Shown: positions 59,383 through 64,000 of the stretch, piece after piece
Position numbering within the stretch: position 1 is the stretch's first letter
Layout of the letters: each line of letters starts with the position of its first letter
Origin: an uncultured Actinomycetota bacterium
GTDB taxonomy: Bacteria > Actinomycetota > Actinomycetes > Mycobacteriales > Micromonosporaceae
Length of the DNA stretch: 64,000 nucleotides
Direction of reading: 5' to 3'
Assembly (NCBI GenBank): GCA_963809545.1
Contig: CAWEKD010000004.1
Span: forward strand, 120,971-184,970
Made by a program: the position numbers and the translations under genes
The notes under the pieces: model-generated
Database searches by the model: none
Seen by the model: only the letters and a program-made list of their open reading frames with translations
What the model was told of the DNA's origin: nothing

Positions 59383-60069
59383 ATGCGGAGGAAACTCCTA
59401 CTGGTGGCGACGATCTGCGCCCTGACCGTCGGGGTCACGTCTCCGCCAGCCGGCGCCTACCAGTCGCTCGGCGCCACCGACACCCCGGCGGCCGAGACGG
59501 TGCACACCGACTCGCTCGCCCCCGCTGGCAGCATCGACGCCACCGAGCGGGACATCCTGGCCGGCCTGCTCTTCGGCATCGGCGACTTCGCTGCGGAGAT
59601 CGGCAATGAGGTCCCGGCGATCGCCGGGCTCTCGAAGGCGGAATACCAGGCTCAGGCTGAGGAGATGCTGGACGGCTTCATCTCCGCCCACAGTGTGGAG
59701 CTGAAGCCGGTACTGGCAGACATTCGCAGCGGTGACATCAACCGGGTCGAGGTCGGCCTGGATGGCCTGGCCCGGCTCTACCTCGGCTACGTGGAGAGTC
59801 GGGTCAGCGCGGAGGAGTACGCCCTGCTGCAGCAGGGGCAGGAGTACCTCCCCGCCTGCGGTCTGGCGTGGGCCTGCGTCGTTACCGTAGTCATTCACAA
59901 CACCGTCGCGATCACCTCGGCGGCTGCCGTCGCTATATCCGCGGCTCTTGCCCTCGCCATCACGGTGTGGTGCGGGGTCACGGCCGAGGATTGCCAGATC
60001 GAGCGCGCTCCCTCTCGTGCGGAGGCGGAATACTTCCGCGCAGAAATCGCCCGCGCCGCACGGGCGTAA
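59383..60069 (+). CDS. SdpC-family antimicrobial peptide precursor-like secreted protein
   Basis: ATG 59383 with AGGAGGG SD. Signal peptide MRRKLLLVATICALTVGVTSPPAGA-YQ. GLLFGIGDF and PACGLAWACVVTVVIHNTVAITSAAAVAISAALALAITVW parallel B. subtilis SdpC GLLFGQGEV and PSCGLYAVCVAAGYLYVVGVNAVALQTAAAVTTAVW (recalled from memory). Confidence 0.72.
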   Translation: MRRKLLLVATICALTVGVTSPPAGAYQSLGATDTPAAETVHTDSLAPAGSIDATERDILAGLLFGIGDFAAEIGNEVPAIAGLSKAEYQAQAEEMLDGFISAHSVELKPVLADIRSGDINRVEVGLDGLARLYLGYVESRVSAEEYALLQQGQEYLPACGLAWACVVTVVIHNTVAITSAAAVAISAALALAITVWCGVTAEDCQIERAPSRAEAEYFRAEIARAARA

Positions 60070-60076
60070 CGTACAC

Positions 60077-60111
60077 CCTGGCCGGACCAGCGCGTGGCTG
60101 GTCCGGCCAGG
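60077..60111 (+). promoter_or_regulatory. Strong intra-operon stem-loop between the precursor and processing genes
   Basis: 15-bp perfect stem cctggccggaccagc / gctggtccggccagg, 5-nt loop gcgtg, 8 nt after the precursor stop. No T tract. Confidence 0.55.
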
Positions 60112-60150
60112 CCCCCCTGCACACGGTGAAATCTCCGGAGACGGACTCTG

Positions 60151-60792
60151 ATGCCCCGCACCGCTCTAGCTCCTCATCAGGAAGCACCCCGTACTGCCAG
60201 CGATCAACAGCATTCCGATCCAGCCACGCCGGATCCGGCGGTGGTACGACGCATTCGCATGGTCACCGCTGTCGTGGTCGTGCTCATCGCAGCCACAACA
60301 GCGCTTTTCTCTCTTCCCTCCCACATTCACCTGCCCCGCAGCTGGCAGACCGGCTTCTCCTCCGTGCAGTCCCTGGTACCTCAAGGGTGGGGATTCTTCA
60401 CGCGTAACCCACGGGAAGCGAGCATGATCCCGTACGTCTACGACGGTACGACGTGGGTCAACGCCAACCGCGGCCCTAATGCGCAACTGCGGTATCTCCT
60501 GGGGCTCAACCGGGAAAGCCGCCTCACCGAATTCGACATCGTCCAGCTTCTGCAGCAGTCCGCCACCGTCACGACGTGGACCCCCTGCGCCGAGCCGGAG
60601 GTCGACTCATGCGTCGCCTCCGCCACCGCCGCCGGCGTGGTCCCGGTGGTGACCTACGGCTACCAACTCCGGCTGTGCGGTGACGTGCTCATCATCCGGC
60701 AGGAGCCGATCCCGCTGGCGTACGCCGGCTTGGGTTACCGCCCACCCATGGAGGCGATCCGTTTCCATGTCACCTGCCAGGAGCCCGCATGA
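60151..60792 (+). CDS. SdpA-family antimicrobial peptide system protein-like
   Basis: 213 aa, one N-terminal TM helix (MVTAVVVVLIAATTALFSL), then LVPQGWGFFTRNPRE, which matches the PQGWxFF(T/S)xxPR motif I associate with SdpA. ATGA coupling to the next gene. Confidence 0.62.
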   Translation: MPRTALAPHQEAPRTASDQQHSDPATPDPAVVRRIRMVTAVVVVLIAATTALFSLPSHIHLPRSWQTGFSSVQSLVPQGWGFFTRNPREASMIPYVYDGTTWVNANRGPNAQLRYLLGLNRESRLTEFDIVQLLQQSATVTTWTPCAEPEVDSCVASATAAGVVPVVTYGYQLRLCGDVLIIRQEPIPLAYAGLGYRPPMEAIRFHVTCQEPA

Positions 60793-61775
60793 GCAGTACC
60801 GTCCCGACCTCCGCCCGGGAAGAGAAGACCCTGGTTCAGCGCCTCGATCAGTTCATCCTGCGCGTCTCCCCGTTCAACCAGGTGTTGGGGCTGACCCGCA
60901 CCATGCTGGCGATCGCCACCGCCCTCACCCTGGCGGCCACCCCGAACGACCAGCTGTTCTTCCGCAGCGTCAACTACCCCGAGGGAGTGGTGTGCGGGCG
61001 CGGCCTGGGCCAGTGGACGCTCTACTGTCTCACCGGCGGCAGCCGGTACTTTGACCTGGTCGTCTGGGGCTCCGTGCTGGTGCTCCTGGTGGTCGCCACC
61101 GGCTTCGCTCCGCGGTGGACCGCGATCCCCCACTGGTACATCGCGTGGAGTTTCGCCGCCAGCAGCCCGATCCCTGACGGGGGCGACCACATCACCACGA
61201 ACCTGGCCCTGCTGTTGGTGCCGCTGTGCCTGCTGGATCGGCGGCGCTGGCACTGGTCACCGGACACCACGTACCACCAGCGCAGTGTAGGGGTGAAGTT
61301 CGCCGCCTACGGAGCTATCGCACTGTGGATCCTCCAGATCTTCGTGCTCTACTTCCAGGCGGCGGTGGCGAAGTTCGGCGTCACCGAGTGGGCGGACGGC
61401 AGTGCGCTGTGGTACTGGATGCAGAACCCCACCTTCGGCCCCGCCGGATGGATGCGGGACCTGGCCCTCGGCATCCTGCAGTATCCGCTGTTCGTGCTGC
61501 TGGTCACCTACGGCACCCTGCTGTTCCAGGTGACGCTGGCGTTCTCCCCGCTGTACTCCTGGGGGTGGCGGCGCTTCTACCTGTTCGCCGCGGTGGTGTT
61601 CCACTTGGGGATCGCGGTCACGATGGGGCTGTGGTCGTTCTCCATCGCCATGATCGCCGCCGACCTGATCTTCCTCATCCGGCCCCATGAGTCGCTCCAC
61701 GTCCCATGGTTGTCCCGGCTATGGCAGGTCGGGCGAGAACGCGTACTCAGCCTCAGCGGTAGATCCCACTCCTGA
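60789..61775 (+). CDS. SdpB-family (HTTM / vitamin-K-carboxylase-like) polytopic membrane protein
   Basis: 328 aa, about 7-8 TM helices. DGGDHITTNLALLLVPLCLLDRRRWHW resembles the SdpB/HTTM DGGDQ...L motif. Size equals B. subtilis SdpB (about 320 aa). Confidence 0.72.
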   Translation: MSSTVPTSAREEKTLVQRLDQFILRVSPFNQVLGLTRTMLAIATALTLAATPNDQLFFRSVNYPEGVVCGRGLGQWTLYCLTGGSRYFDLVVWGSVLVLLVVATGFAPRWTAIPHWYIAWSFAASSPIPDGGDHITTNLALLLVPLCLLDRRRWHWSPDTTYHQRSVGVKFAAYGAIALWILQIFVLYFQAAVAKFGVTEWADGSALWYWMQNPTFGPAGWMRDLALGILQYPLFVLLVTYGTLLFQVTLAFSPLYSWGWRRFYLFAAVVFHLGIAVTMGLWSFSIAMIAADLIFLIRPHESLHVPWLSRLWQVGRERVLSLSGRSHS

Positions 61776-61792
61776 CCCCACACCGGTACGGC

Positions 61793-61828
61793 GTGGCCCC
61801 GGTCCTTGCGCACAAGGACCGGGGCCAC
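61793..61828. terminator. Bidirectional hairpin terminator between the sdpB-like and GH130 genes
   Basis: 16-bp perfect stem gtggccccggtccttg / caaggaccggggccac with 4-nt loop cgca. Confidence 0.68.
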
Positions 61829-61841
61829 CCGGTTACGCCCG

Positions 61842-62861
61842 CTAGGCGCCAGACGGTTCCGGTGCCGGACAGGTCAGCAGGAAATCCACCACTTCGGAGT
61901 AGGACGCGCTGGCGAGCCCGACGCAGGTGTCGGCGGCCCCGTAGTACAGCCGGAGCCGGTCCTGCTCCACGTCATGCACCAGGCCGGTCGGGAACACCAC
62001 GTTCGGGGCGTCGCCGGTCCGCTCGTACGGCTCGACCGGGCTGAACACCCACTCGTCGGTGCGGCGCAGCACCCGCTCCGGCCGCTCGGCGTCCAACAAC
62101 GCCAGCCCGGCCCGGTAGACCAGCCCACCCGCCACGCTCTTGATGCCGTGGTAGACCGCCAGCCACCCGTGCGTGGTCAACACCGGCGGGGGCCCCATGC
62201 CGATGCGGACGTTGTCCCACCACGGGCCCGGCCGCGCCGGCAACACCAGCGTCGGTTCGGACCAGGACCGCAGATCCGGGGAGCGGGACAGCCACACATC
62301 CGAGCGCTGCGTGTCCTGGATGGTGGGGCGATGGAACATCACGTACTGGCCATCGATCCGGTACGGCAGCAGCGAGGCGTTCTTGTCCGGCGGCGGCATC
62401 ACCACCCCCAGCAGCTCCACCTCGACGAAGTCGGTGGTGCGCGCCATCGCCACCGCCGGGCCGGCGGGGCCGTAGGCGGTGAATGTCAACACCCAGGCGG
62501 CCTGGTCCTCCAGCCAGACCACCCGTGGATCTTCCACCCCCCACCGGGACGCCTCTCCGAGGTCCCCGGCGCTGATCAGCGGAGTGGGCGAGATCTCCCA
62601 CCCGGTCGCCCCGTCCAGGCTGCGGGCGACCGTGAGGTGGGAGATCCCGCGTCGGTCCTCCACTCGACACACCAGCACCGTCTGCCCATCGACCTGGGCA
62701 GCGGCCGGGTTGAAGACGGTGTTGACCGGATAGGGCCAGTCCGCCGGGCTCAACACCGGGTTGTGCGGACTACGCCGAAACAGCCCGGCTACCTGCTGGC
62801 CGGGCCGGTGGCGCTCGGTGGCTGCGAGCTGTGATCCGGCAGCCGAGGGCTCGTCGCCCAC
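61842..62861 (-). CDS. Glycoside hydrolase family 130 (beta-mannoside phosphorylase/glycosidase-like)
   Basis: 339 aa from GTG 62861 (GGAGGTG SD). NPVLSP...VFNPAA...GVEDPRV...DKNASLLP...HGWLAVYHG...YRAGLALLD...NVVFPTG...YYGAADT. Confidence 0.85.
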   Translation of the reverse strand: MGDEPSAAGSQLAATERHRPGQQVAGLFRRSPHNPVLSPADWPYPVNTVFNPAAAQVDGQTVLVCRVEDRRGISHLTVARSLDGATGWEISPTPLISAGDLGEASRWGVEDPRVVWLEDQAAWVLTFTAYGPAGPAVAMARTTDFVEVELLGVVMPPPDKNASLLPYRIDGQYVMFHRPTIQDTQRSDVWLSRSPDLRSWSEPTLVLPARPGPWWDNVRIGMGPPPVLTTHGWLAVYHGIKSVAGGLVYRAGLALLDAERPERVLRRTDEWVFSPVEPYERTGDAPNVVFPTGLVHDVEQDRLRLYYGAADTCVGLASASYSEVVDFLLTCPAPEPSGA

Positions 62862-64000
62862 CGGGGTTCACCTCCTGCCGCGCGGGGCACACGGATCTCA
62901 CCAAACAGTTTCCGGAGCTTAACCGGGTGGGTCCGGTGCGGCGCACGCAGTCGGCGGGTAGGAGCGGCGGCGGTCCGGAACACCTCGGCGAACGTGGCCG
63001 CCACCGCCGGCCAGCTCAGTGCCGCGGCGGTGGTCAGCGCGGCCTGCTGGGCGGTGCGGAACCGCTCCGAATCACCCAGCAGGTCACAGACCGCCTCTGC
63101 CAGGGCGTCCGGGTCCTCGAACGGCACCAGGGTGCCGGCGGCCGGCCGGCCGGCCGGGGTGACGAGTTCCCGGGCGTACGGGTAGGAGGTGGATACCACC
63201 GGGCAGCCGGCGGCCATCGCGAACGTCAACGCGCCCGAGGAGGCCTGCTGCGAGGTCCGGTAGGGGGTCAGGTAGAGGTCGGTGCGCTGCAGCAGGGCCG
63301 CCAGCTCAGGATCGGTCAGGAAGGTGTCGACGAACCGGACATGGTCGGCTACCTGCAGCCGCTGGGCCAGCGCGACCAGTTCCTCGCGGTACTGCTCACC
63401 GCTGGTGCGGACCACCTCCGGGTGGGTGGCCCCGGCGATCAGGTAGACCACCTCCGGGTGCTGACGGACGATCGCGGGCATGGCCTCGATGGCGGTCTCC
63501 AGCCCCTTGCCCGGGCGCAGCAGGCCGAACGTGGTCAGCACCCGCCGCCCCGCGGTGTCGGACAGGGCTTCCGCCACCACCGGCCCAATCTCGGCCGGGT
63601 CTACCGGCTCCGCCAGCGAGGTCGGCACACCGTGTGGCACCACCACGAGCTGCTCCGGCGTCCCCCAGCCGGCCTTCAGCGCGATCTCGCGGGCGCTCTC
63701 GGTGAACACCGTCACCCGCCGCGCCCGCCGGCACAGCTGGGTGAGCACCTCCGCCTGCTCCGGCTCCGGGCTGGACAGCACAGTGTGCAGGGTCACCGCG
63801 TACGGCATCCCGATCGCCGACAGTTCGTCCGCGAAATCCAGGACGTACCGACCCTGCGAGCCGCCGAAGATGCCGTACTCGTGCTGGATCACCACCAGGT
63901 CTGCGCCGGTGGCCGCTACCGCGTGCGCTGCCCGCCGGTAGTCGCCCCGGTCGTCCTGCCGGATCACCTCGACCACTTCCGGCCCGTACGACAGGCCGTC
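62789..64000 (-). CDS. GT4 family glycosyltransferase (5' end runs off the window)
   Basis: The frame stays open to position 64000 upstream of the listed GTG. GT4 C-terminal block SGALTFAMAAGCPVVSTSYPYARELV. The tail overlaps the GH130 start by 73 nt. Confidence 0.78.
   Translation of the reverse strand, partial: DGLSYGPEVVEVIRQDDRGDYRRAAHAVAATGADLVVIQHEYGIFGGSQGRYVLDFADELSAIGMPYAVTLHTVLSSPEPEQAEVLTQLCRRARRVTVFTESAREIALKAGWGTPEQLVVVPHGVPTSLAEPVDPAEIGPVVAEALSDTAGRRVLTTFGLLRPGKGLETAIEAMPAIVRQHPEVVYLIAGATHPEVVRTSGEQYREELVALAQRLQVADHVRFVDTFLTDPELAALLQRTDLYLTPYRTSQQASSGALTFAMAAGCPVVSTSYPYARELVTPAGRPAAGTLVPFEDPDALAEAVCDLLGDSERFRTAQQAALTTAAALSWPAVAATFAEVFRTAAAPTRRLRAPHRTHPVKLRKLFGEIRVPRAAGGEPRWATSPRLPDHSSQPPSATGPASR

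Noticed and set aside
62789-62861. 73-nt overlap between the GT4 tail and the GH130 start, possibly another frameshift or a fused enzyme.
   Set aside because: The GH130 GTG has its own good SD (GGAGGTG). The GT4 tail beyond AEVFRTAAAPT is unconserved-looking. I cannot distinguish a natural overlap from an indel without alignments.
1-64000. Looked for CRISPR arrays, rRNA genes, IS elements, toxin-antitoxin pairs and known phage-defence gene signatures.
   Set aside because: No regularly spaced direct repeats, no transposase/integrase-like translations, and no nuclease/ATPase/methylase combinations typical of defence systems were seen in any frame.

Overview
High-GC actinobacterial chromosomal segment, probably from a sporulating actinomycete since an SsgB-type gene is present. 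The backbone on the minus strand is the conserved actinobacterial neighbourhood thrS - HIT - pgsA - PIM acyltransferase - pimA - pdxS - pdxT - yebC - ruvC - ruvA - ruvB. Several insertions interrupt it: a 6-gene Mrp cation/proton antiporter operon, MFS/TetR pairs, an EF-G-like gene with four small membrane/stress genes, and a GGDEF-EAL protein with a large LuxR-family (LAL) regulator. The second half holds cold-shock protein, ssgB, tRNA-Val(CAC) followed by a decayed islet, RNase HI with an unusual Cys-rich tail, xthA and pnuC-nadR. It also holds a CPH-type P1B ATPase, a Pat-like acetyltransferase, a phosphoketolase-Acg-USP dormancy-type cluster and a secreted 5'-nucleotidase. The most system-like accessory element lies at about 58.4-61.8 kb and is visibly more A/T-rich. 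It encodes a secreted precursor resembling the Bacillus cannibalism toxin SdpC, with a CGLxxxC motif followed by a hydrophobic core. A strong intra-operon hairpin follows it, then translationally coupled SdpA-like and SdpB-like (HTTM-type membrane) genes, with a divergent regulator built from two tandem LuxR-type HTH domains. No sdpRI-like immunity genes are recognisable. A second theme is single-nucleotide frame changes in otherwise conserved genes (PIM acyltransferase, pgsA, LAL regulator, ssgB, pnuC, a small ORF), several of them at G/C runs. These are more likely assembly indels than real pseudogenes. No CRISPR array, transposase or integrase was seen. All family assignments come from reading the translations and from remembered motifs; no database search was run.
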